Assembly: GCF_001564455.1 (NCBI RefSeq)
Contig: NZ_CP011391.1
Coordinates: 1,800,001 to 1,832,000 of the forward strand
Length of the DNA stretch: 32,000 bases
Direction of reading: 5' to 3'
Source: Faecalibaculum rodentium
GTDB lineage: Bacteria > Bacillota_I > Bacilli_A > Erysipelotrichales > Erysipelotrichaceae
Numbering within the stretch: position 1 is the first letter of the stretch; every line of letters begins with the position of its first letter. The notes below the pieces were generated by a model. That model was not told where the DNA came from. It saw nothing but the letters and a program-made list of their open reading frames with translations, and made no database searches. Positions 17,170 to 25,744 of this stretch are shown here, one piece after another. A program made the position numbers and the translations under genes.

Positions 17170-17817
17170 TCAGGCACTTTCTCCCGCTGTGTGCTTCCGT
17201 CCCGGCAGTCCGGCTCTGACAAAATACTGCTCGAAGATCCGCAGGGAGTCGCTGATCCTGGCCGAATGAGAGGCCAGATGATCCTGTGCCAGGGATTCGG
17301 AGAGAAACATCTGGAAATACACCGCCAGTGCCCCCCACACCAGGACAGACAGCAGCAGACCCGCTCCAAAGGACATCTGCAGGCCGAACACCAGCAGAGG
17401 CAGAAGCAGCAGGAACAGGACCAGGTCTGTGAGCAGCAGCATGCGCTGGAAATGCGCCAGGGTTTCCTTCCACAGTGGCCGCTGCTGCCGGAAGTACTCC
17501 ATGATCTCCGGCGTGAGCGGTTCTTCCACATCCGTCATGAGAGGATACTGATGCCGTTTCCACTTCTGTGTCCGCAGACTCAGGACGGACTGCATCCGCA
17601 TGAAGATGTATTTCTGGGCCGAAGGCGGCATATTGTGCTTTTCATAATACTGACCGGTCAGCCGCAGCAATGTCAGGTAGTCCTTCATGGACAGTTCCTC
17701 CCCTGCCATGGCTTCCGTCAGCTGTTCCAGACTGGACCGCGTATCCGACAGGATGCTCATTTCATTCCTCGAATCCCGCTCCAGCTGTTTCAGCCGGCCA
17801 TAATATCTGTCTGCCAC
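17170..17817 (-). CDS. Hypothetical membrane protein (cytoplasmic N-domain plus 2 TM helices)
   Basis: GTG start preceded by GGAAGGAGG. Hydrophobic stretch LLLTDLVLFLLLLPLLVFG...LLLSVLVWGALAVYF. Last gene of the overlapping operon. Confidence 0.7.
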   Translation of the reverse strand: MADRYYGRLKQLERDSRNEMSILSDTRSSLEQLTEAMAGEELSMKDYLTLLRLTGQYYEKHNMPPSAQKYIFMRMQSVLSLRTQKWKRHQYPLMTDVEEPLTPEIMEYFRQQRPLWKETLAHFQRMLLLTDLVLFLLLLPLLVFGLQMSFGAGLLLSVLVWGALAVYFQMFLSESLAQDHLASHSARISDSLRIFEQYFVRAGLPGRKHTAGESA

Positions 17818-17820
17818 GAA

Positions 17821-18342
17821 TCACAGCCTCCTTCCCTGACTGCGTGCGAGTGTATGCTTCATGCGTTTCAGCAGCCGCTCGGTGACCAGGGCAATGAGCA
17901 GTCCGCTGACAATGGACAGCGCCAGCAGGACAGGCAGGAACATCTGCATGAAATACTGCTGATAGATCGCCGTCACCGCCAGGACCTGTCCCACGGAATG
18001 GGCCGCAGCGCCGGCCACACTCACACCGTAAATGGAAAACAGGCCGGAACGCTTTGCCAGCGTCATGGCCAGCAGCGCCAGGATGGCACCGGATACCGAG
18101 AGCATAAAGCCGACCGAAAACAGCGATCCGGTCAGCAGGCCCGCCAGGAAGATCCGGCAGACGGTGACAATCATCATGTCCTTCGGCCCATAGGCGTACA
18201 GGGCAAAGAGACCGGCAATGTTGGCCAGCCCGATCTTGTAGCCGGGGACCAGCATCACCACAGGGACAAAGCTTTCCAGGATCTGCAGCAGGATCCCCGC
18301 TGCAACCAGGAAGGCCAGGATCACGGCGCGCCGGGTATTCAC
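17821..18342 (-). CDS. Gx transporter family protein (heptaprenyl diphosphate synthase component I-like membrane protein)
   Basis: 173 aa and polytopic. Contains LQILESF.P ... G.K.GLANI ... the typical signature of this family. GTG start overlaps the upstream stop by 4 nt. Confidence 0.85.
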   Translation of the reverse strand: MNTRRAVILAFLVAAGILLQILESFVPVVMLVPGYKIGLANIAGLFALYAYGPKDMMIVTVCRIFLAGLLTGSLFSVGFMLSVSGAILALLAMTLAKRSGLFSIYGVSVAGAAAHSVGQVLAVTAIYQQYFMQMFLPVLLALSIVSGLLIALVTERLLKRMKHTLARSQGRRL

Positions 18343-18698
18343 TGGATCACCGTATCCTCGGCCCCCGGCTCTCCCTGGATCCGGATGACCGTTTCATTGG
18401 GCAGACAGACAATGGGCACCGCAGTGCTGTTCACCCATCCCTGTCTTGAACAGTAATGATGCGGGCTGTTTTCCTGTGTCACCCGCACCGATCCGTCCTG
18501 CACTTCGATGTTTACCGGACCCAGGCGGCCGTTTACCGCATACGTCCCGTCCTGGTTGAGATCCAGCCGCAGCTTTTCCTCGCTGCCGACGCTGACCACT
18601 GCCTGGCTGGCTTTGGGCTGTCCCTGCAGGATCGGAAAAATCAGCAGGGTACTGACGGCCATCAGGCACACAATGAGCACCTTGTCCCATTTCGTCAT
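18339..18698 (-). CDS. NusG domain II-containing protein (DUF1312-type)
   Basis: N-terminal TM anchor, then a small beta domain ending in HHYCSRQGW...PIVCLPN. Classic partner of Gx transporter genes. ATG 18698 has AAGGAGG 5 nt upstream; the track start is 18716. Confidence 0.85.
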   Translation of the reverse strand: MTKWDKVLIVCLMAVSTLLIFPILQGQPKASQAVVSVGSEEKLRLDLNQDGTYAVNGRLGPVNIEVQDGSVRVTQENSPHHYCSRQGWVNSTAVPIVCLPNETVIRIQGEPGAEDTVIQ

Positions 18699-18717
18699 AT
18701 GACCCTCCTTTGACATG

Positions 18718-19479
18718 TCAGAGTGCAGAGTCCAGCACCATCATCGCCGCGAAGCCCAGGGCAAAGGCAACGGTCCCGATATTGGAATGCTTTCCTGCCT
18801 GTGACTGCGGAACAAGTTCCTCGACCACCACATACAGCATGGCGCCGGCGGCAAACGCCAGCAGCCAGGGCAGAAAGGGCTGGATCCAGCTGCGGCAGAG
18901 GATCGTCAGGCCCGCGCCGACGGGTTCGATGACACCCGAGAGGGCGCCGAACCAGAAGGCTCTGCTTTTGCTCATGCCATCTGCATGCAGGGGGATGGAC
19001 AGCACTGCGCCTTCCGGAACATTCTGCAGGGCGATGCCCAGGCTGAGCGCCAGGGCAGCGGCTGCACTCATGGCGGTACTTCCATCCAGCACCCCTGCCA
19101 GGACCACGCCCACAGCCATGCCCTCGGGCAGGTTGTGCAGCGTGATCGCAAAGAAAAGCTTCGTGGTCCGGCTCCAGGGAGTGGCCAGGCCCTCGGCTTC
19201 CTCGGACATCACATGCATATGCGGAACGATTTCGTCCAGCAGCAGCAGAAACCCGATGCCAATAAGAAAGCCGGCGGCGGCCGGAATCCAGCCGGACTGT
19301 TCCATGGCCGGAAGGATCAGGGAAAAAATCGAAGCCGCTGTCATGACACCGGCGGCAAATCCAAGCATGGCTTTTTCTGTTTTCTGCGGAATGGCTCCCC
19401 GCAGCACGAAGACCAGGGCGCTGCCCAGCACCGTGCCGGCCAGCGGGAGCCCCAGTCCCATCCAGAGTTGACTGTTCAT
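18718..19479 (-). CDS. ZIP family divalent metal (zinc) transporter
   Basis: 253 aa, about 8 TM helices, with the signature HNLPEGMAVG and a second NVPEG motif. Confidence 0.9.
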   Translation of the reverse strand: MNSQLWMGLGLPLAGTVLGSALVFVLRGAIPQKTEKAMLGFAAGVMTAASIFSLILPAMEQSGWIPAAAGFLIGIGFLLLLDEIVPHMHVMSEEAEGLATPWSRTTKLFFAITLHNLPEGMAVGVVLAGVLDGSTAMSAAAALALSLGIALQNVPEGAVLSIPLHADGMSKSRAFWFGALSGVIEPVGAGLTILCRSWIQPFLPWLLAFAAGAMLYVVVEELVPQSQAGKHSNIGTVAFALGFAAMMVLDSAL

Positions 19480-20039
19480 TCAGATACCTTAACTTTTACC
19501 GGTTTTTCCACGGCATTGCCGAACCGGTCGGAAATCTTCACCGTCACATCGTGGTCTCCCGGCGTGGCGGTGGTGTCGAAAGGAGCTTCATAGCTGACAC
19601 CGGAAATATCCGTGGCAGGAAACACCGACACCCAGTCGATGCGCTCTCCCACCGTGGCATCGATTTCCGTGACCTCCGAAATCACCGTCGGCGGTCTTGT
19701 GTCCTTGATCTTGATCCGGAAAGGGGTGCTGGTCCCGCCGTTTTCAATGACGAAATCGTATTCCCCAACCAGAAGATAGTCGTATCCCCGGGAAATGAAC
19801 CGGTTGTCCTTGCGGGCAATGCCGGTGCTTACCGGAGAGACCGTCATGTGTTCCAGCCCCTGCTGCCCGCTCTCGGCATAGAGAGCGGGATTGGCATACA
19901 CATCCTGGCCAAGCTCAATGGTGAAGGTGTGCTTTCTCAGCGCCACTTCCCCGGAACAGCCTGCCAGGCCCGCCAGAGGCAGCAGGAAAAGAGCCAGCAG
20001 GAGCGGAACCGCTATCTGTATGATATTACTTTGTTTCAC
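19476..20039 (-). CDS. Hypothetical lipoprotein with Ig-like beta domain
   Basis: Lipobox LAGC (LLPLAGLAGCSGE). GTG start with GGAGG 4 nt upstream. Overlaps whiA by 14 nt and the ZIP gene by 4 nt. Confidence 0.75.
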   Translation of the reverse strand: MKQSNIIQIAVPLLLALFLLPLAGLAGCSGEVALRKHTFTIELGQDVYANPALYAESGQQGLEHMTVSPVSTGIARKDNRFISRGYDYLLVGEYDFVIENGGTSTPFRIKIKDTRPPTVISEVTEIDATVGERIDWVSVFPATDISGVSYEAPFDTTATPGDHDVTVKISDRFGNAVEKPVKVKVSE

Positions 20040-20985
20040 TGGACCTCCGATCCTGGCTCAGGGAAGCCGCCATTTCCCGGATTTTCGTCATCCGGTGCTT
20101 CATCCCGGACTTCGAAATGACTTCTCCGGTCGCTTTGTAGATTTCATCGCAGAGTTCAGTCAGGCTCGCTTCCGGGTACTGTTTGCGGATGTCCATCGCC
20201 GCACGGATCTTCGGCGGGATCTGCTCCGGGGCCATGAGCGTCTCAATGCGTTCAATGGCTTCGATCTGGCCATGCGCCGCCTTCAGGCTCTTCATCTCGT
20301 TGGCGAGTTCGCAGTTGTTCAGCCGGGACATCTGGTTGTAGAAATCCCGGGAAATCCGCAGGTCTTCAAACTGCAGCAGGGCATTGGAGGCATCGATCAG
20401 ACGCAGGAAGTCGCCTATTTTGTCCCCGGCCTTGAGGTAGACCACCCACAGTCCCTTGCGTTCGGTGATCCTTGCTGACAGAAAAAACCGCTCCATGAGT
20501 TTCTGGATGCTTTCGGCCAGTCCCCGGTGTGTCACGGAGATCTCCAGGTGATAGTTGGAGGTGCGGGGACTGTTGACGGAACCCGAGGCCAGAAAGCAGC
20601 CCTGGAGAAAGGCCCGGGCATTTTTCTCCGAGCGGATGAGGTCATAGTTCGGCTTCACATGCAGGCCCCTGTCATTCAGGATCCCCAGATCCTCCAGGAT
20701 CCGGGACGCCCCCTGTTCGATGACGATGCGGTAAATGTTGTTTTTCTTCAGCCGCATCTTCTTCAGCACCGCCAGTCTGGGCTCCACGGTGTAGAGCCGC
20801 TTCACGAGGAGCCAGACATGCTTGGCCACACTCGCATTTTCCACCTGGAAGGACAGGTATGTCCCGTTGCGGTTCATGTGCAGGGCGGCTTTCACCAGCA
20901 GCAGGGCGGCCAGCTGGGCTTTTGCCTGGCGCTCATCCAGGTCGGCTCCTGCGATTTCCTGCTTGACGTCGTATGTGAAACTCAA
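20026..20985 (-). CDS. whiA: DNA-binding protein WhiA
   Basis: 319 aa. N-terminus reads SFTYDVKQEI. Degenerate LAGLIDADG-like core and C-terminal HTH (EASLTELCDE...ISKSGMKHRM). Conserved position after yvcK. TTG start. Confidence 0.93.
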   Translation of the reverse strand: MSFTYDVKQEIAGADLDERQAKAQLAALLLVKAALHMNRNGTYLSFQVENASVAKHVWLLVKRLYTVEPRLAVLKKMRLKKNNIYRIVIEQGASRILEDLGILNDRGLHVKPNYDLIRSEKNARAFLQGCFLASGSVNSPRTSNYHLEISVTHRGLAESIQKLMERFFLSARITERKGLWVVYLKAGDKIGDFLRLIDASNALLQFEDLRISRDFYNQMSRLNNCELANEMKSLKAAHGQIEAIERIETLMAPEQIPPKIRAAMDIRKQYPEASLTELCDEIYKATGEVISKSGMKHRMTKIREMAASLSQDRRSSETK

Positions 20986-21932
20986 CCCAGTTCCTCCAGG
21001 ATCTCCTGCACCACCTGCCGGACCGCTTCGGGGTCATGCCGGATCCGTTCATTGTCCGCGAGGGTGATCAGGGGTCGCTTCCACACTTCATAGCTCTGGG
21101 CTGTTTCGTCGGAATGCACCGGAAAACTGCCCATTCGTGCATAGCGCTCCAGGACATGGCTGCTGACTTCGGTGTCATTGAGCACCACCAGGTCGGCAGG
21201 GTTCTTGAAGCTGTGCTTTTCCAGCGCCCGGACATGGTCTTCCATGGTGTAGCCTTCGGTTTCTCCCGGCTGGGTCATGGCGTTGCAGAAGTAGATTTTC
21301 GGGCATGGATTTTCGTAAATGGCTTCCGGGATCCCGGGAATGATCAGATTGGGAATGACGCTGGTATACAGACTGCCGATGCCGTAAATGATGAGGTCGG
21401 CCTCGCGCAGCGCTTCCAGTGCCTTGTCATAGGGCTGAACATCCTGCTGGTAATAGACGTGTTCGATGGCGTTGTCTCTGGTGGGGATGTTTTTCTCCCC
21501 CCGGACCAGGGTGCCGTCCGCCATCAGCGCATAGAGCGTGGCGACATCCAGGGTGCAGGGCAGGATCGTGCCGTTCACACCCATGACCCGGGACAGTGAT
21601 TCAATGGCGCCCATGAAAGATCCGGTGATGTCCATCATGGCCAGGAAAATCAGGTTTCCCAGGGAGTGTCCGCCCACGTCCTCCTGTCCCTCGAACCGGT
21701 AGTTCATGAGCTGCTGGAGGATCCCTGCGTTGTCGTTCTGTGCCATGGCAGTCAGCACATGGCGGATGTCGCCCATGGCCGGGACATTGTAGGCATTGCG
21801 GATCCGGCCGGTGCTGCCGCCGTCATCTGCCACGGTGACGATGGCAGTCACCTGGGCATCCTGGATTTTCTTCATGCCCGCGAGCATGCTGGAAAGTCCG
21901 GTCCCGCCGCCGAGCACCACGATTTTCTTCAT
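20982..21932 (-). CDS. yvcK: YvcK-type gluconeogenesis / cell-shape factor (CofD-like 2-phospho-L-lactate transferase family)
   Basis: MKKIVVLGGGTGLSSML N-terminus, 316 aa, between rapZ and whiA. Confidence 0.92.
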   Translation of the reverse strand: MKKIVVLGGGTGLSSMLAGMKKIQDAQVTAIVTVADDGGSTGRIRNAYNVPAMGDIRHVLTAMAQNDNAGILQQLMNYRFEGQEDVGGHSLGNLIFLAMMDITGSFMGAIESLSRVMGVNGTILPCTLDVATLYALMADGTLVRGEKNIPTRDNAIEHVYYQQDVQPYDKALEALREADLIIYGIGSLYTSVIPNLIIPGIPEAIYENPCPKIYFCNAMTQPGETEGYTMEDHVRALEKHSFKNPADLVVLNDTEVSSHVLERYARMGSFPVHSDETAQSYEVWKRPLITLADNERIRHDPEAVRQVVQEILEELG

Positions 21933-22792
21933 CCGTTTTCCCCGCCTTCCACATCCCGGTGGCTCTTGAAGCAGCGATACTTGTCTTTGTAGCGGTCATA
22001 CAGCCAGTTGGCGATGGACACGGAACGGTGCTGTCCGCCTGTGCATCCCACGCTGATGATCATGTTGGATTTGTTCTGCTTGTCGTATTGTTCGAGAACG
22101 TAATCCAGCATTTCTCCCGTGCGATGAATGTATTCCTGCGTGTCCTGGGATTCCATGACGTAGTCGTAGACCTCTTTGTCATTGCCGGTCTTGTTGCGCA
22201 GACTCGGTTCATAGAAGGGGTTCGGGAGAAACCGCACATCAAGCACCATGTCGGCATCCATGGGCATGCCGTGCTTGAATCCGAAGGACTGGAACGTCAC
22301 TGTGAATTCCGGGCGGTCTGTGGATTTGAAGCGGTGACGCACACGGTTGATCAGAGCCTGGCTGGACAGCTTGGTGGTGTCCAAATGAAAGGTATTGTTC
22401 ATGTTGGCCAGGATCTGGTTGAAGGACATGCGTTCCATTTCGATGGCGTCTTCCAGGGTCGTGGCCTGTCCCGAGGCGATCATGGGATGCTGCCGGCGGG
22501 TGAACCGGTAGCGAAGCAGCAGCTCTTCATCAGAGCAGTCCAGAAAGATGATCTGCAGGTCTTTGGCGATGTTGTCAAAGTAGTTTACAAAGCTTGTATA
22601 ATCTGCCGCGGAGACAGACAGGGCGATGTTTTTGTACCGGTCCTGTTCCTTTTCCAGGAGCTCCTGAAGCTGGGGAAGCAGTTCGCGCGGGAAGTTGTCA
22701 ATACAGCAATAGCCCAGGTCTTCCAGGGCATTCATGGCCGAACTTTTACCGGCACCGGACATGCCGGTCACCAGCACGAGGTTTTCGTTCAT
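21929..22792 (-). CDS. rapZ: RNase adapter protein RapZ (YvcJ), P-loop NTPase
   Basis: Walker A in LVLVTGMSGAGKSSA, and C-terminal GCTGGQHRSV. ATG 22792 has AAAGGGGG upstream. The track start 22837 lies inside a hairpin. Confidence 0.93.
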   Translation of the reverse strand: MNENLVLVTGMSGAGKSSAMNALEDLGYCCIDNFPRELLPQLQELLEKEQDRYKNIALSVSAADYTSFVNYFDNIAKDLQIIFLDCSDEELLLRYRFTRRQHPMIASGQATTLEDAIEMERMSFNQILANMNNTFHLDTTKLSSQALINRVRHRFKSTDRPEFTVTFQSFGFKHGMPMDADMVLDVRFLPNPFYEPSLRNKTGNDKEVYDYVMESQDTQEYIHRTGEMLDYVLEQYDKQNKSNMIISVGCTGGQHRSVSIANWLYDRYKDKYRCFKSHRDVEGGENG

Positions 22793-22828
22793 ATAAGCGT
22801 ACCCCCTTTGGTCTGTATTGTAGCATGA

Positions 22829-22885
22829 GGCAGCCACTGAAATGCCCGGGTCCCTTTCGGGAACCCGGGCATTTCAGACGCTGCC
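22829..22885 (-). terminator. Long near-perfect hairpin between ktrA and rapZ (probable ktrA terminator/insulator, no clear U-run)
   Basis: GGCAGC..CTGAAATGCCCGGGT (22829-22851) pairs with ACCCGGGCATTTCAG..GCTGCC (22863-22885). Confidence 0.5.
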
Positions 22886-23054
22886 TGGCGGGTGGAGCAG
22901 GTCTTGCAGTTGCGGGTATTCAGTCTTTGGCTGCTGCCGTGTGGCAGGTTTGTATCTTTCTGGTCTGTTCCGACCGATGAAGCTGTCGGCAATTGCCTGA
23001 CTCAGCGTCTGTCTGGCGGAAATTGCTTCACTATTCCACCATACGGTGGCTGAG

Positions 23055-23729
23055 TCAGTCATCGGAGTTGCGGTCTTCGAACCGCTCAATGTCCCGTTTG
23101 CTGCCAATGATCGACAGCTTGTCCCCGGCCCGGAACCGGTAGTCCGGATCGAAGTTGGTCATGATGTCATTGTCGTGACGGATCGCAATGATGTTGATTC
23201 CGTATCTTGCGCGCGAATCGACCTCCGCCACGCTCTTTCCCACCAGAGTCGCCGGCACCTTCAGCGTGTGAATCTGGGTCTCGCCATCCAGTGTGAAGCA
23301 TTCAATCTGGTCATTGTACATAAGCCGGTCCGCCAGTCTGGTCCCGGAATCCTTCTCCGGCTGCACAGTCATGGCCCCCATCTGCCGCAGGATCTTGGCC
23401 TGATCCTCGGAATTGGCCTTGGCAATGACTTTCTTCAACCCCAGATTCGTCAGATACATCGTGGTCAGGATCGACACATCGAACGCCGAGCCGATGCACA
23501 CGATTCCGCAGTCACAGTTTCGCACACCGATTTCATCCAGACTCTCCTTCGACATATGTTCCACCACATAGGCAAAGGGAGTCAAGTTCCGGGCTTCGCG
23601 GACTTTTTCCGCATCCCGGTCGCAGCAGATGATCGTGTATCCATATTCAGAAAGCTTGTCGGCCACAGCCATCCCGAACCGGCCCAGCCCAATGATCGCA
23701 AACGCGGCATCCTGTGGTGTTCTTCTCAT
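23055..23729 (-). CDS. ktrA: K+ uptake system peripheral NAD-binding subunit (KtrA/TrkA family, RCK domain)
   Basis: FAIIGLGRFGMAVADKL Rossmann motif plus a C-terminal RCK_C domain. ATG 23729 is preceded by AGGAGA. The track start is 23762. Confidence 0.9.
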   Translation of the reverse strand: MRRTPQDAAFAIIGLGRFGMAVADKLSEYGYTIICCDRDAEKVREARNLTPFAYVVEHMSKESLDEIGVRNCDCGIVCIGSAFDVSILTTMYLTNLGLKKVIAKANSEDQAKILRQMGAMTVQPEKDSGTRLADRLMYNDQIECFTLDGETQIHTLKVPATLVGKSVAEVDSRARYGINIIAIRHDNDIMTNFDPDYRFRAGDKLSIIGSKRDIERFEDRNSDD

Positions 23730-23771
23730 ACTACCGAATTCTCCTGTCTCTTTTCTCATCATTCATGCGGC

Positions 23772-25085
23772 TCAGCCGATCATGATGCTTTCTTCCGTAA
23801 AGTGCGCTTCGCTCTTTCCCTTGAACGCCAGGACCGTCGCGATCGTCAGCGGACCCAGACGGCCAATGAACATGCAGATCATGAGCACGATCTTGCTGGC
23901 AGGACACAGACCCGGGGTGATTCCCACGGTGCTGCCGACAGTCGCGAACGCACTCGTGACCTCCACCAGGACCGCGGACAGCGAAAGATCCCCCTCAAAG
24001 GCGAGGATCAGAATCGTGCCAATGGTGATCACCGTCAGGCCGTAGAAGAAAACGGTCAGCGCCTGTGTGAATACCACATTGGGGATCTTGCGGTAAAACA
24101 CCTCATCGCGGTCTCCATTCATTGTACTGGAAACCGCCTTCATGGCCACTGCAAAAAAGGTCGTGGTCTTGATACCGCCACCGGTCCCGCCGGGGTTGGC
24201 GCCGATGAACATCAGCACGGTGAAAATGAGCAGGGCGGCTTCGGTGAAATTCGAAAGCGGGTGCGTGTTGAATCCCGCTGTCCGGGCTATGACAGACTGG
24301 AAAGATGCTTCCAGCAGTGTCTGGTCTGTGGTCCAGTACAGCAGTGCTGTGCCAAGCACGAGCAGCAGCACGGTCATCACAATGACGATTTTTGTATTCA
24401 GGGTATACTTCTTCCACCTGAACTTGCAGTGACCCATGTCCCACATCGCGAAGAACCCGAATCCGCCAATAATGACCAGTGCCATGGTGATGAGATTCAG
24501 CGGAACGTTGTGGGCATAGTGGAGCAGGGAGTCATAGCCTCCGAAGATATCGAATCCGGCGTTGTTGAATGCAGACACCGAATGGAACAGAGCATAGCCT
24601 GCAGCTTCCAGCGGCGGGTAATCTCTTACGAACACAAAGAAGCACAGGATGGCCCCGGTGACTTCGTAGATCAGCGTGAATCTCAAAAGGATCTTCAGGA
24701 AATTGATCAGACCGCCCACGCCGGTGAAGTTCATTGCCGTGGACAGGACCTGTCTGGCTTTCAGGCCGATTTTCCGTCCCATGATCAGGGTGATCATGAC
24801 AGACAGCGCTGCCACACCCAGACCGCCGATCTGGATCAGCACTCCGAGAACCGTGCGGCCGAAGAGATTGAAGGTGTCGCCCGGCGGAACGGTGGTAAGT
24901 CCCGTCACGCAGACCGCGCTGCAGGACACAAACAGCGCATCGAGGAAATGGACATGCTGCCCGGGGTTCCAGGAGACAGGCATTGCCAGTAGAACGCTGC
25001 CGATGAGGATGACAGCGAGGAATCCAAGGGAAAGAAGTCGCGGGGGTGTCAGATCACGGATGAACCGTCTGAATCTGTATATCAT
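23772..25085 (-). CDS. ktrB: K+ uptake system membrane subunit (KtrB/TrkH family)
   Basis: Polytopic protein with repeated selectivity-filter-like TGLT/AGFN/GGTGGG motifs. ATG 25085 has AGGTGA upstream. Alternative start at 25124. Confidence 0.9.
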   Translation of the reverse strand: MIYRFRRFIRDLTPPRLLSLGFLAVILIGSVLLAMPVSWNPGQHVHFLDALFVSCSAVCVTGLTTVPPGDTFNLFGRTVLGVLIQIGGLGVAALSVMITLIMGRKIGLKARQVLSTAMNFTGVGGLINFLKILLRFTLIYEVTGAILCFFVFVRDYPPLEAAGYALFHSVSAFNNAGFDIFGGYDSLLHYAHNVPLNLITMALVIIGGFGFFAMWDMGHCKFRWKKYTLNTKIVIVMTVLLLVLGTALLYWTTDQTLLEASFQSVIARTAGFNTHPLSNFTEAALLIFTVLMFIGANPGGTGGGIKTTTFFAVAMKAVSSTMNGDRDEVFYRKIPNVVFTQALTVFFYGLTVITIGTILILAFEGDLSLSAVLVEVTSAFATVGSTVGITPGLCPASKIVLMICMFIGRLGPLTIATVLAFKGKSEAHFTEESIMIG

Positions 25086-25189
25086 CTGTGGTCTCACCTG
25101 CCTTTCGTTCAGTATTATACTCATCTGCGGCGGAATTGTTCTTGCGATGTCCTTTGTTTTTGCGGATAATCACCAGAGAAGGTGATGAA

Positions 25190-25699
25190 ATGGGACCCAT
25201 TCTGTATCTGGATATTGATGGTGTACTTGCCAGGCGGCAGCCGCTGCCGCCGTTCGAGCTGGATAAAGCCCTGCCAGCCAGGCTGGCGGAGGACCTGAAC
25301 TGCGGCGCAATCAGGCGCCTGGATCCGGTGCTGGTCAATGAAGTCGTTCACGGATTCGATGCCCGGGCCTGCCAGCTGATACGTCAGATCTGCGAGGAAT
25401 GCAGTGCGGGGATCATCATCACGAGTTCCTGGCGCCATGTGTTTTCTCCCCAGGAACTCAAGGCCATTCTCTCCATCGTGGGACTTGGAGACTATGTACT
25501 GGGTTCAGTGCCTGGGGGAATCAGCCGGCCGGAGGTCATCCATGCCTCTCTGGAGGAACTGGGAACCGCGGATTTCGCTGTGGTGGATGACATGGACATG
25601 CGTCATGACTTCGGTGTCCGGAGTGTCGTTCCAGAGGCGGTTTTTGATGAAGTCTGTGCCCGAAAAGTGCGCAGATTATTCAAAATATACGGTCATTAG
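25190..25699 (+). CDS. HAD-like hydrolase family protein (resembles the stand-alone HAD domain of RNA-repair 'Swiss army knife' proteins)
   Basis: ILYLDIDGVL motif I, IIITSSWR motif II, VVDDMD motif IV. ATG 25190 is preceded by GAAGGTGA. Confidence 0.65.
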   Translation: MGPILYLDIDGVLARRQPLPPFELDKALPARLAEDLNCGAIRRLDPVLVNEVVHGFDARACQLIRQICEECSAGIIITSSWRHVFSPQELKAILSIVGLGDYVLGSVPGGISRPEVIHASLEELGTADFAVVDDMDMRHDFGVRSVVPEAVFDEVCARKVRRLFKIYGH

Positions 25700-25720
25700 G
25701 CGCATTCTGCGCCTTTTTTT
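25699..25720 (+). terminator. Rho-independent terminator after the HAD-like gene
   Basis: GGCGCA-ttc-TGCGCC followed by TTTTTTT. Overlaps the stop codon. Confidence 0.7.
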
Positions 25721-25744
25721 GTTACGATTGAACCGGTGAACCAT

